NCBI GenBank assembly: GCA_964658305.1
Contig: OZ210886.1
Span: forward strand, 186,001-250,000
Reading direction: 5' to 3'
DNA: 64,000 bases
From: Leptogorgia sarmentosa
Lineage: Eukaryota
The notes under the pieces were generated by a model, which was given only the letters and a program-made list of their open reading frames with translations, had not been told where the DNA came from and searched no databases. How positions within the stretch are numbered: the first letter of the stretch is position 1; each line of letters starts with the position of its first letter. Positions 37,570-49,834 of this stretch are shown here, piece after piece. The position numbers and the translations under genes were made by a program.

Positions 37570-38030
37570 AATAATGAATGTTTATGAGTGCAATGGTAAG
37601 AATATTTTCATGAGGTGAAAGATGGAATGTTCTATTCAACGAGGCGATAGCCGAGTTGAATGGAACATTCCATCTTTCACCGAATGAAAATATTCTTAAC
37701 ATTGCACGAATAAAAACATTCATTATTTGTTTTATATAATACTTGTTTGTTTATATAATATTTGTTATACATAATTTGTTTTATATAAATCGCATTTACC
37801 TCACGTTGAGAATCGGGGCTAAATAAACTGCGATCACTGTCCGAAGAGCGTTTTGAAGGATGGGAGTTACTGAAAACACAGAGTGCAATAGTACGAATAC
37901 TATTGCACTCTCCAGAGTGCAATAGTATTCGTACTATTGCACTCTTGGGAAATGGAACTTTCTATTCAATATCACGTGACCATAATTAACCAATCAAACG
38001 ACCTGAATGTAATGAGGTATTATATAAATA
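37570..38030. repeat. Palindrome-rich non-autonomous element (long hairpin plus double hairpin)
   Basis: Imperfect hairpin at ~37570-37728 centred on gaggcgatagccga. A second structure at 37880-37945 is made of two 32-bp hairpins that are exact reverse complements of each other. Confidence 0.7.
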
Positions 38031-38870
38031 TGTTTATTGTAACCGCACGGTAATATTCAACTCCCTAGCTCTATACAAGGTATATAATTATAAATTTATA
38101 GTTTTTGACCATGCAAACGGTACATCTTTATTATTTTCATTTGTAGTTAATCTCACAATCATAATAATTATATTTAGCCTTAGGGTTTTACAAAACATGT
38201 GTACCACTGTGTTGTTGAAAAAATTGATTTACCATTATCATTGCTGCGGCTAATCCATACAATTGTAACCATTGCAATTAGTTGTGGTTTTCCCTGAGGT
38301 GATGTACCTCACGTTCAGGTATATGCCTGGACAAGATTTGCTCGAAACAAACGCAAGACGCGTTCCCAAGAACAACGACGACAATAGCCGCTTTGTCAAA
38401 ACGCATCGTGCGTTTAATAACATTTAACTAGCATAAAGAAGAAAAATAAACAAGCGTGTTCCTGTCGCTGCTATTTTTGTACTTTAAGCTTGAATACACT
38501 TATTCTTAATGGTTTAATTCATTGCCATTGTGGTAAATAACAGAGATCGATGCCGCCATTTCTTTACCTCTGCATGCAAGGTCGGTTGAAAGTCAAGAAA
38601 TGAATACACGTTTTAAGTGCACGATTATTTAATGTTGAAACTGCATGTATATACTTTTCAATTTATAGACCGACTAGTGATACATATTTTTTATACATAT
38701 ATCATAACCTCTAGATTTACGTGAAACCGTGTCGGGTCGTTTTACTACAAAAACATCATTAAAATAGAATATATTTTATTAAATACATGAATGTGTGGCC
38801 ATGCATGCAGTGTTGGTAGTGGTAACTACAAAAAAGCAGCAAAAATTCTATTCCTAAATGTACAGTAGCT

Positions 38871-39020
38871 AAGATTCGAAGTTTCTCGAGCAAAAACCCT
38901 TCATCGGGAATTAGTTTGAGTCAAGATAGATAGCTACTCATGATCAATACTAATTCCTGAGGAAGACCTTTGCTTGAAACGTCGAATCTTATTGTATCGT
39001 TTAGGTAGCGAGTAGAATTG
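38871..39020. mobile_element. Penelope-like inverted terminal fragment with minimal type-I hammerhead motifs
   Basis: Plus strand: attc CTGAGGA agacctttgctt GAAAC GTC gaat (38953-38987). An inverted, mutated copy lies at 38871-38915. Confidence 0.5.
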
Positions 39021-42000
39021 TTGCTTTTGAATATACTGGTATATATTGTCACATAATTTATATAGCTATGACGTGACTGCCTAAACGCAACCTGGAAGTT
39101 CATAGAAAATCGTTTATAATGTCAGGAATGCCAACCATGTGATTGTTAGGTTATCTCTATATAATGTATCGACATATGACATCGGCGTCATAAAAATACT
39201 CTATTAATTGTTACTGTGAAGTGTGAAGCAACAAAATGATTACTTTAAATCTACAATTTGAGTTGAGTTGAGTTGCAGAATCACCGTGATGATCTAACTA
39301 TGCTGAGTATTCAAAAAATCTAAATTATCCAGTAACAGTTCAAACTGTCATTGCCATGGAAACCATGCCACGTCGTGCTAGCTTTTTGAAAGGTTTACCA
39401 AAAAATGTATTAAACCACTGCACTCTCATGTAGCTCTGGTGCCGTGTGTATAAAACTCTTAACTACGTACTTCGAACTACCCACTTCGTCGTTAAACAGT
39501 GGTAACTTTGAAATACGCGTTTCTGAATGGTTAATTTTTGCACTCAGTTAACTTTATAACTACGTTTTTACACAACCAGCCCCAGTTGGTTTGAATTATG
39601 CCGCATTTCACCTATTTTGAAATCATATATGAGGCCCATCTTTTAGAATCAAAAATGGTCAACGTAAAACTTGTCTGGAAACTTGTGTTCCCATTAAGCT
39701 TTGCGTGTTTAGAATTTAGGGTTTAGAGTAAACAACAACAACCTTTTTTGAAATACCTCTGTGTTATACCTCACTTAAGTTATCCACAAATCTATATATC
39801 TTTAACGAAGAATCGGTTCTTAATCGCTATAAGGACTTTTGTAATAGCCCTCCCTAAATACATGGTACAGTCATGAAACGTTTTTTTTATTCTAAATGAA
39901 CGACTGGAGTATTATGATGTTGTAAAAATATATCTGGCACATCTTCAATGCCCATTAGTATTATTACCATGTTAGGAGTTGATATAAATTAACATTCAGT
40001 CTTATGAAGTGTGCTCAAGCTGTGGGTAATAGTACAGCTTCGCCGCTTGTCTAAACGTTCCACGCAGTTCACCGGATATTACGATTGACACAGGAACCTT
40101 TATAAATCTTTTATTAAAAGATACTTAAATTAAGTATTATAAACCTGCATATATTGGCTAGTTGAACGATGATGTTTAACGAAAAGTATGCAAATTTGAA
40201 ACGCCTCATATACCTAAGTAAGAGCAGTAAGACATTGAAATCAAGCCACTAATTCAAAGGATAAAATGGCCGTCATTGAGGACACTGTTCCACAAACACT
40301 TTTAGATTTTTTGTTCTAGCCACGCGCGCGTTGTCTCTTAAGCTAGCGAAAAACAATTGAGTTTATATTCGAACTTTCCTGTTTGGACGTAATTATATTA
40401 TTAGCTATAGGGATTTCAATTCTCATTCTGTTTATATCATTGATGTATTTTCCTTCATAGACTCTCCCGCTGATTTTAACATTTACTTCACAGCAGTCCC
40501 ATGGAGATCATATATACCCACTTCAATTTTCACTTTTAATTTGAAGCAAACATGATATTTTGTGTATTTGAACACATACGATATTTAACCCCTCTTTGCA
40601 TGCTGAGAACTCTCTTCATTTCACAATTTTTCAGGCAGGGATTCAGTAAATGGTCTATGTCTCTAATTTTCTATGATATCTAATTACTCTGATAAAATGA
40701 TTTGTATTGTCCATTGACTTTACATACAATTCACTTAGTCATATTCTGATCAAGTAACAAATAAGAGACCATAGCTGACTGTCTCTGCAGATATGCATGA
40801 TAAACACAACTTAAAGCGTGTTTGTGATCCTATAATATGTTTATTCAAAACGATAATAGTTTGATATGGCACTAGATATGCATGCATGCACTGCATGTCC
40901 ATACTATTTTATCATTTCATAAATGAAAAGAAGGTAAAACTGCGAGCAGAAATATCGGAGTTTCTGCACCCAATCAATATATTCACAGTTTCAGTTCTGG
41001 CCACCTTTGGATGCCTGCTGTGTATTGAAAATACTGTGTAGGTTGCATCCCTGGAAAGGATTATTTTGCCCATCAATCCAGTTCCCTATATACATTTCAC
41101 TAAACTTATATATAAGTTTAGCTCACAAACGGTGCTCCTGCAAACGTGAATTGATCTTGAGTATGAGTGCAAAAATTGAGCGTTGTGTAAACGGGTTTGA
41201 TAATTTTTTCTATTTTGCATGAGTCAAAGGCGGCGGGTGACCTGTTCTTCCCATGACACCGCGTAATCCCAAGACAATCATCCATGGAATGCGAGGTATT
41301 TTGGGCATGTCATAATTATCATTCTAAAGATATTTTGACGCACCAGGATAGAATAACACCATTAGAAGAACTCCTCCTGTGTCCTGACCGCAACGACTCT
41401 GTGTGTGCGCTCAGCCCAACGCACGCCTTCAAAACGTTTCCTTTCATTTTTAGGTAGCGAACGACCCAGAAAGTTTTAGACTATAACTTTTCATCTAGTT
41501 TGTCGAACATTGTTCTAGTAATCCTAATAAATGAATGCCCTTTTTGCCGGCAAATTATTTTGCGAAATTTTTTTTTTTAATCATGTCATGCAGAATATAC
41601 GCATACGTATAACGTTTAGCAGATCACTAGATCAGTGTGCATATATGTGGCTATATGACAACTGCTAGAGAGTGGATAGATTAAAAAACAACAATCTAAC
41701 ATGTCCTGGCACGTTCCCTGTCTGGATATTAATTACATTGTATTAAAATTGTATAGGCGTTTATGCTGAAAATGGTCAATGTACTATGCATGATGTTACT
41801 ACAAATATATCAAAGTTGATGCCATAATTTGTACAACTGTAACCGTAATTTTGTATTATGACCACTAAATTAGGTACATGTATATATAATTCTATAAATT
41901 AGCCTCAACGTTGTTAATCTTTTCTGTTAATTTAAATTGTGTTAAAAACTGCAAAACAAAGCGTGGTGGGTGAAACAATAAAACTTGTCACAGTCGATTA

Positions 42001-45000
42001 CTAAGAGTAGCTAGTTTAGAAAGTCACTCGCAATGTGTTTTGTTATACAAGCAAGATAAAGGCGATATTTCTGCAAATATGACAGTTAATATATCACCAT
42101 ACATGCACCTATAGCTTACGCACAATTTTTAACTTTGTGCACATACTGCAAAAAATCTTCTACTGATAACTATATATAGCCACTTTTGCTAATGTTTTGT
42201 TGCTCAGATTAAAATCGGCTTGAAATTCTTTAATGATTTGTGAAAGGTAAATATGTTTGCTAGCAAAATGGGGATCCGCTGTATTCATACCATTCAGTTC
42301 ATGGTATCATTTAAGCCACTTGGATTTAATCTTATCAGCAATCTCGATGCAATCACGAACCAATAAACAAATTGTATTTTTCTCATTGTATTTTTAAAAG
42401 TGCCTTTGTATTTGTGTGTATATGGTGTTTTATTGCTCTGCCATGCCGCTATAATAGCTCTTCGGGAGTTCATTAGATTCAGTTTTGACTTACATTTGCG
42501 TGAGTGAGTGCGTGGTTTTAGGTAACACAAGTGTAATTTTTAGTGGGTATCATTTTTAGTGAAGGTTTCGGTTTGCACATTACGATATATTATGTCGTAA
42601 AATAGTATTTTACTCAATTTCGTTACTCTGTTTTTCGTCACGGTAGACTTCTTCATCCACATAGCAACCGTAATTTGCTTTTTGGTCTAATTTAATTAAG
42701 AAGCCGTTGTTGTCGGTGCCTTGCATTAGGCGTTTCTCGTATTGTACCTCAAACAAGTTTATTAAACATAGACAAGGCAAGCTTATATGCACCATTCTGT
42801 TTCATTCTCTTGCCCTTTCATAGTCTTCGCCGCAGCATATTCGAGTTATTGCAAAATACATCAACGTCCAAAATTAGCCTGTTGCATTTCGAATATGTAA
42901 TTCTGGGGCTGGTTGTCCAAAAGTGGGTGGCTTACCCCGGATTTAACCTAAAGTTCGAAGCAAATTTCCAATATGTTTGCTTATAAATTTTGAAATATTT
43001 CTTTAAAACTTTTGTCTGGATCTATAAAGGTATTCTTCTTTGGAGTTTTGAAATGAAGAGGCATATAGAATAAGAGACATGTACAATCTAAAATACTGGC
43101 GTTATATTAACATAGAGATGTTCGCCTTGCTTTGCTAAATTTGCTGAACGACCTTTCCTAAGGCTGACTGTGAAAGTTTGAGCATGCCAAGTAGCAAGCC
43201 CGGAATATCTACCTCCACGCAGAAGCTGTATATAGCCGCATTACTGCATAAGCAAACTGAACATTGTAGACCATTCAGATGAGTTTTGTGCAGTTTTTGC
43301 AACACGGCAAATGGACAGTCGTTCATACAAATAACAATATTGTACAACTAACGAAATGACTCTTTCAGGCTACTGCATGCAGTGTTTTTGCCAGGAGCCC
43401 TGCTTTAACACGTACTGAGTAGCTCTTGCAGTGTTTTCGCCCTGATCAATCTAAACATTAACTTCTACTCTAATCTACATAACATGAATGTGTACGAAAT
43501 GCAAAATTTTATACAGAATTGTCTCTGATTTCATGAGTGTAGAAACTAGTCTTTTCCAATGGACTTATTGATTAGATCAGTATGGGTCTCTTCAATTTTG
43601 TATATTTATTATTCGGCTTTGATTGCGGCCCACTGAGGGGGCAACGCGAGCTCTTTCGTGATGGTCGCATTATTCCACATTAGGTCCGACATTTAGCAAG
43701 TTCGTGTCAAGTTTATAGGAGGGCAATATTGAAATACTTGTGAATTGAATTAATTTGCTTGGCAGATTGCTTAAAGACACCTCAACTTAATGAGCCACCC
43801 ACCTATGGGAATGCTGCGTTTGTTTGTTTTTGTGTGCCACTCCAGTTGATATCGAAATCGGTGCAGATCAATGTCGAGCAAACGGTACAACTTGCAAGCG
43901 ATGGGAGAAGTAGATTTCATGCGTAGAAATTGAACAACGATCATATCACATACAGATTTTTTCAGATGACATATGTGCGGGGAATTCTTGCAAAATATAT
44001 GGCTTATTAGTCGCAATTCATTCTTCTCATCTAAAAAAGAAACAGAGCCGCCCATTATTTGTACCGCACAGCATGAGTGTCTCAGATATAACCGTGCACT
44101 GCTGTAAAAATCCACCTGGCAAGTCATCATGTTTTACTACTTCTAGGTTGATATAGCACAATCGCTTACTTTCTTGACGACACAGACACGATCAAGGGAA
44201 AATCTTCGCGCGATCAGGCAAACCAGTTTTGTTCAAATGCTATAATTATTTTGATTGTTCTTGATTGTTTTATTAGATTGTGTAATGTGATAGGCTTTGT
44301 TTGTGAAATAGTTACAGAATTGATACTTTACGTACCAAAATCCAAAATTTGAAGGAGGTTTTTTCAGAAGACCAGAGTTTCAGAAGACCGTGGTATATTG
44401 TGTGGCTGTATTACACCTGAGGAATGTGTGAACAAGTATGCCGCTTATGTTATTCAGACAAAGTGGTGCCACTCATAGTTATCTCACTGTGCACTCATCT
44501 CCAGTTAGCAATTCCTTACAGCAACATCTTCACAAACTGTAAACGTTTGCAATTGTTAACCTTGTAGGGGTTCATTATTAAAAAACGTTTGTTGATGATT
44601 CCCTGATGTGTCCTCTGTCTGCGGTACTTGTGCTCCAAGCATTCTCGATTTTCTACGATACAATGTTCTCAATTAGGTACTGACACAACATTTCAAATGA
44701 TTTATCGCAAGAAGAATTTATTAAACACTATATATGTGAATATCAAATGTTTTATACTACGTAGCTATAGTTCACATCACTCTGCTATACCCATTCCTAG
44801 AAATGCGGTAAAAAGACGATATTCGACTATTCAGTCAGGAAACAGTGAATTACTTCATAACTACTCATGTTGTTTATACGGTTAAACCAACATGTTTTTG
44901 CTGTCCTATAGGCTGTACTACATAATCCTGCGGCATGCACGCCTGCTACAGTGTTAACTATATATGGTCAACAGCCCCATATAGAAATTTCAATAATTGT

Positions 45001-48000
45001 CACAGTGAATTTGATATGAGAAAGAAATATTTGAAACCAAGTCCATTTCATATGAGGTTGACGTTAACCCATTGAATGAATTAGTGCACACTAACCCATT
45101 TTACCTGCCCACGCATGAACCGTCATGGGAATATACATAGTTATTGCACTCAGACTACTGACATTCGTGTATAAATTTTTTTGCTGAATTATTGTCAGTT
45201 CTTCCTCAAGTTCATCTATGATCTGGGGGTTTACAGATGTTTTTAGTCTGCTAATTGGTAAACCTAAAAAGAGTGCGACATTTTTGAAAAAAAATATATA
45301 TTAGCTATGTTTTTTCTTATGTCTTGTTTTTTTACACATGTTGTTTTTCACGTGTAACATTGACGTCAGTTTGGAATATCCAACCATTTTAGGTAGTAAA
45401 AATGAACAGTTGTCTTCGACAAATTGGATGAATGCATAAACAATGCTTTTTGAAATCACTTAATCTTTGTATTCTGTCCAGTAGAATTGATCAGTTTATT
45501 GTTGATGTTTATCAGTCGTGCAAACTAATTAACTCCCTTTACCAAATTAAACTGTTCTTCATGCATCAGTGTCATGTGATACCTGCGTTGGATGTTGTTG
45601 TTATTCCCAGGCAGTGAGACGTACACAAAGCAATCAAAAGTTTAACACGGTTTAAAACATTGCCAATTATAATATACAGAAAATAAAGCCAGAACAGATT
45701 AGATATAGTGAGCCTAAAAATATTGTATTTGTATTAAATACTCTTGCAATACACGCATGAGGTCAAGTAAGGATGCCACTGAATGAAACCCAGCGTTACG
45801 TACTATAGAGTTGCATCGTTTCTTTTTGCTGGAAATATTGTCTCACGCTGTACCCAGTCAGGCTGGTCTTGTACTGCCAAATTTTTGCGTGATTTGATGT
45901 GAGTTTTTTTATTGTTTCATGTGAGGTTTTATAGATTCAAAGGCGACAATTCATAACTATAACACTTTTGGGAGACCAGTCCCTGACCAAGTCGTTGCAA
46001 GCACGCAGAGCTTTCTCACCGAGTCTGCAGCAAAAATATGAAATTTGTTGAGTTAACGTTAAGAACGGGTATGCATGAATAATTTCTAAAATGGATTCAC
46101 GACCGTCATGACTTTTTGGTGTAGCACATGCAGCTAGCTCAGGCTATATTTGTTCAAACTACGCCTGTTGTGTCATCATCGACCTTCTGCGTTTGTCGTT
46201 GAACTTTCAGGGGACCAAATGAACATATTTTGTTTCTGCGTGACAAATACGATTGCTCGTGTGGATTACAATATATTCAATATCCTTTTTTTTGCGTCAA
46301 ATATTGGTGTTTAAAAGTGAGGTGCAATTAAGGTGAGGGTGCATGCATGCTGCTGAGTCATCCATATTGTCACATAAAATTTTTTGTGGTGACGAGTTCC
46401 CCAACACATCTATTATATGATGGAACACTCCATATTCTCCGCAATGAAAATCATACAACACTAATAGCTGTATAAAACCACGCATTTTAGCTCTTAAATA
46501 ACTTGATCTTGTTAGTATTAAGCTGTTTGTTCCAACCTTTTACAATTTATGTTGCTGGTATTATCTTGGCTTAAATCAAACCATCCATAGACTTAGTGGT
46601 GTAGGGTCTCATAGAAGAATGAACCACAACAAAAAATATACACCAAATCCTCTTTTATACCTCTCAAATCTTCTTATCAAATCAAATTCTGAATGGGTAT
46701 AGACTAATAGTCGAGACATTTGTATTTTGGTACTTCTTTGTACATTTATTCAGTATATTTCTTATCATTGTAAAATATATAAGCCTTATATACAAAGACG
46801 GTTTAGTAGATCAACTTTTCGATATAATCATTCGCGGTTATATATCTTTCTTTGAAGTTTTCAACTTATCATCCAAATGATAATGCACTTTATCGTTGTA
46901 TATAAATTGCATTCCTATTATGTATACTCTAAAATATACCAATGAGCTAGAGAAAAAGAATTTTTTGTGTATCAGTTACGCATTAGTGTGTGCATTAAAG
47001 TAATTTGTGGTCGTGCATAGAAGTGCAATAAGTCCATTCAAATTCAGCTCCAATCACGTCACACGTTGATCACGGCGAAGCGCATATCGCACATCATAAC
47101 GCTTAGCTTACCTATGTATGTGCCCTGCCTATAAGATGAGTATTCAGAGACATGTCAGACATGATGTGTAAATGGCTATATTTTGCATTTAATTCCCTTG
47201 AAAACTGTAGAGTTTGTGAACAGCATGCAGTGACTATAGTCTGAGACAATTCCTGTCGACATGCAATATCGATATGAGGATCACTGTTCCACTTCACTAA
47301 ATGTCTATTGATTCGTGTTCATCATCTTTTTATTAACTCTACATGCATGTAAATAAGATTCCAATAGAGTATAAATAAATTTGGAATACCAATGATCACA
47401 ATATGCTGTTTCAAAAATGCATAGCGTTGTTCGTGTCGGTCCGCAAACTTCCTGTGGTTAATTAGGTAGCTAGGTTACTGATGTTCTACCGATAGTGAGT
47501 CAACTTATGGCTGCCGATAGCTGCTGTACGATAATTCAGAGATTTAAGTGCGGTAAACAAATGAAAACTACGATAAAGATTCCTATACAAATGAATTCGA
47601 GAAATTGTATTTGAATCTAAGAATTTAATTATCAGTGATGATGGATTGCTGAGCCACACGGGTGTGGCTGAAGAAAAGGAGTTTATGCCAGCATATTCAC
47701 AGGAAGACCGCTTGCTTCTTGTAGTGGGAAATGTTTGTGCTGGCATTAAGTAATTCCTATATTTATGAGACTGTTGAGATTTCAAGTGAAACATGACATA
47801 TAGTTTTATCTGAAACATATGGCGCGATACTGATACCTCTATATATAGTCTTCATTTGTCGCGTGGCAAATAAACAATGTATGTCGATCCAATATATCAC
47901 CTTATACTGAGATACGAAATGTGAGAGTATTTGTTCCCTTCTTTTGTTTCCTAATAAAATAATCTAATAATCCCAGGACTACAACAAATCTCACACAATG

Positions 48001-49499
48001 TACCCTTCAGCTGTGGCGAGAATCAGAACCTACCAAATCTGGTATGTAACAATTGAAGAAATTCTTTCAAATGATACAGCCACAACTACAAGTTGTTCTG
48101 ATTCAGTTATGCGGCGAATAGCACGGTCGTCAGTAACTGCATGTATACAGTTATTGTTATAAGCACAGTAAATTAGTGTAAATAATATAATATATTATAT
48201 ATGACATGTAGTGAGTATATTGAGTAATTTAAAAGATGCAATTTCGTGTAAACATCATCAATAAATTACTAACTGTAAATGACACTTTTCATGATTTGTA
48301 AAATTGATTGGCTGACCGTGGTTTCCACAGTTTAGGGCAGCAGCGTACTGAAAAATATTCTCAAAACATAGGTGTATTTTTATAATTTTGTGTTGCAGCA
48401 ATCTGCGGTTTTCGATTGCGCACACTTTTATCTTTTGCATTTAAAAGAGTATTTGTAACCCCTTCTTCAGTACTCTGCGTGAGTATTACTAGAGTAGATT
48501 GTCTTAGCGATTGTGTAAGTGATTGTGCGGTCAGTGATTGTCTTAGAGAAAGGTGTGATTCCCAAACTTTATTGGGTTTGAACTGTCATTCACCCGTATG
48601 AACTACAGATTGTACGCAATCCTTTTGGTAGGTGGTGATATTTTACATCATTGTTCTAATTTGGTCGTCGCAAACCTGACAGATGATCGGTACGCTGTCT
48701 TTACAGACAACATTCAAGTTTAAATGCACTTGCATCATATTAATAATTTTTCAATAAACCGCTCATGGGGGGTTTGCATTGCAGCTATTGTCCCCTTTTT
48801 GCGCGCATAATCATCTTTAGTGTTTCCTTTGTGCACGCATCTAGCTAATAAAGCCGTGTATAAATACGCAAGCCACTGTGGTTTGCTCCTATTAAGACAT
48901 CGCAAGCATTGGTGGAACAATCACAAGCAGGACACTATAAGCCAATAAGGTAGGTAACTTAATTACTATCTATATAGTACCATGCACTTCAATTAGCCTT
49001 GTTTGCCAAATGAGATAACGGGAGAATGGTAGATATGATGGGTTTTAATTGTAACGTACTACGATAGAAGCACAATTGCATAAAGATAAATAACAATACG
49101 TTGAAGTACTTGTTAGTGTGTTTAATTGCCATGTCGATAGATCCAGACTTTTATTAAAATACTTTGCAAAGTGTAATTACTCATCAATTATGTCGGCCAG
49201 CCACTCGAGTCTCTGTAACGTAAATTTCAGCTTTGACGCACTTTTTGATCGTGTTATAGGCACAATCAAGTATATAAGCATTTTCATGTTGAATCAGAGT
49301 TTGATTTTAAGATGCTTGAATTATTTAACAACGTAACGCGTTCTGTGTGAGATCGAAGTTATCAAACGTTTTCTTTGAGCTTGTTTATGTGTTTGTTCAA
49401 AACGGAATCAACTGTTTACCTGAAACTAAAATAAAACATCCTGTGTTGTGTGGTGTCGTTTTCCAATCTTTTTTCTTCTTTCCTGGTTTATCGATGAAA

Positions 49500-49834
49500 T
49501 TGTTTTCGCTATGTTCTTCAGTTCAATCAGGTATAGTTTTGAATAAATGGCAATCATTTAGCTTTCCACTACCGATTAACTCAATTTCAACCCCGCAGCG
49601 TTTTAAACCTAGCATTCATCCTTGTATGATGCCCTGTAGGTTGCGGCAACATTAATTCAGCTGTTTACTGATGGCTCTTCTTATACTGTCTTTTTGTTCG
49701 CTATCTCTTTTCCAAAACGGGAACAGGGCCCAACAAAGTTGTTCAAAGAGGGTTTGGTCAGATATTAAGTAAGGTTTAACAAATACTTTAAAAAAAACAG
49801 CAAGGTCATTAGTTCGGTTTATTTTGATGAACAA
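49500..49834 (-). mobile_element. Highly decayed CR1/L2-like LINE ORF2 3' fragment
   Basis: Minus-strand VFFKVFVKPYL..C W..FPFWKRD....IRRAISK resembles the LINE post-RT motif YKxxVRPxLEY...W.P..K.D...E.VQRRA.K. Stops and frameshifts follow. Confidence 0.3.

Noticed and set aside
41270..41400. Minus-strand GGVLL..LF and MDDCLG as reverse-transcriptase motifs
   Set aside because: The matches are too short and are not in a continuous frame.
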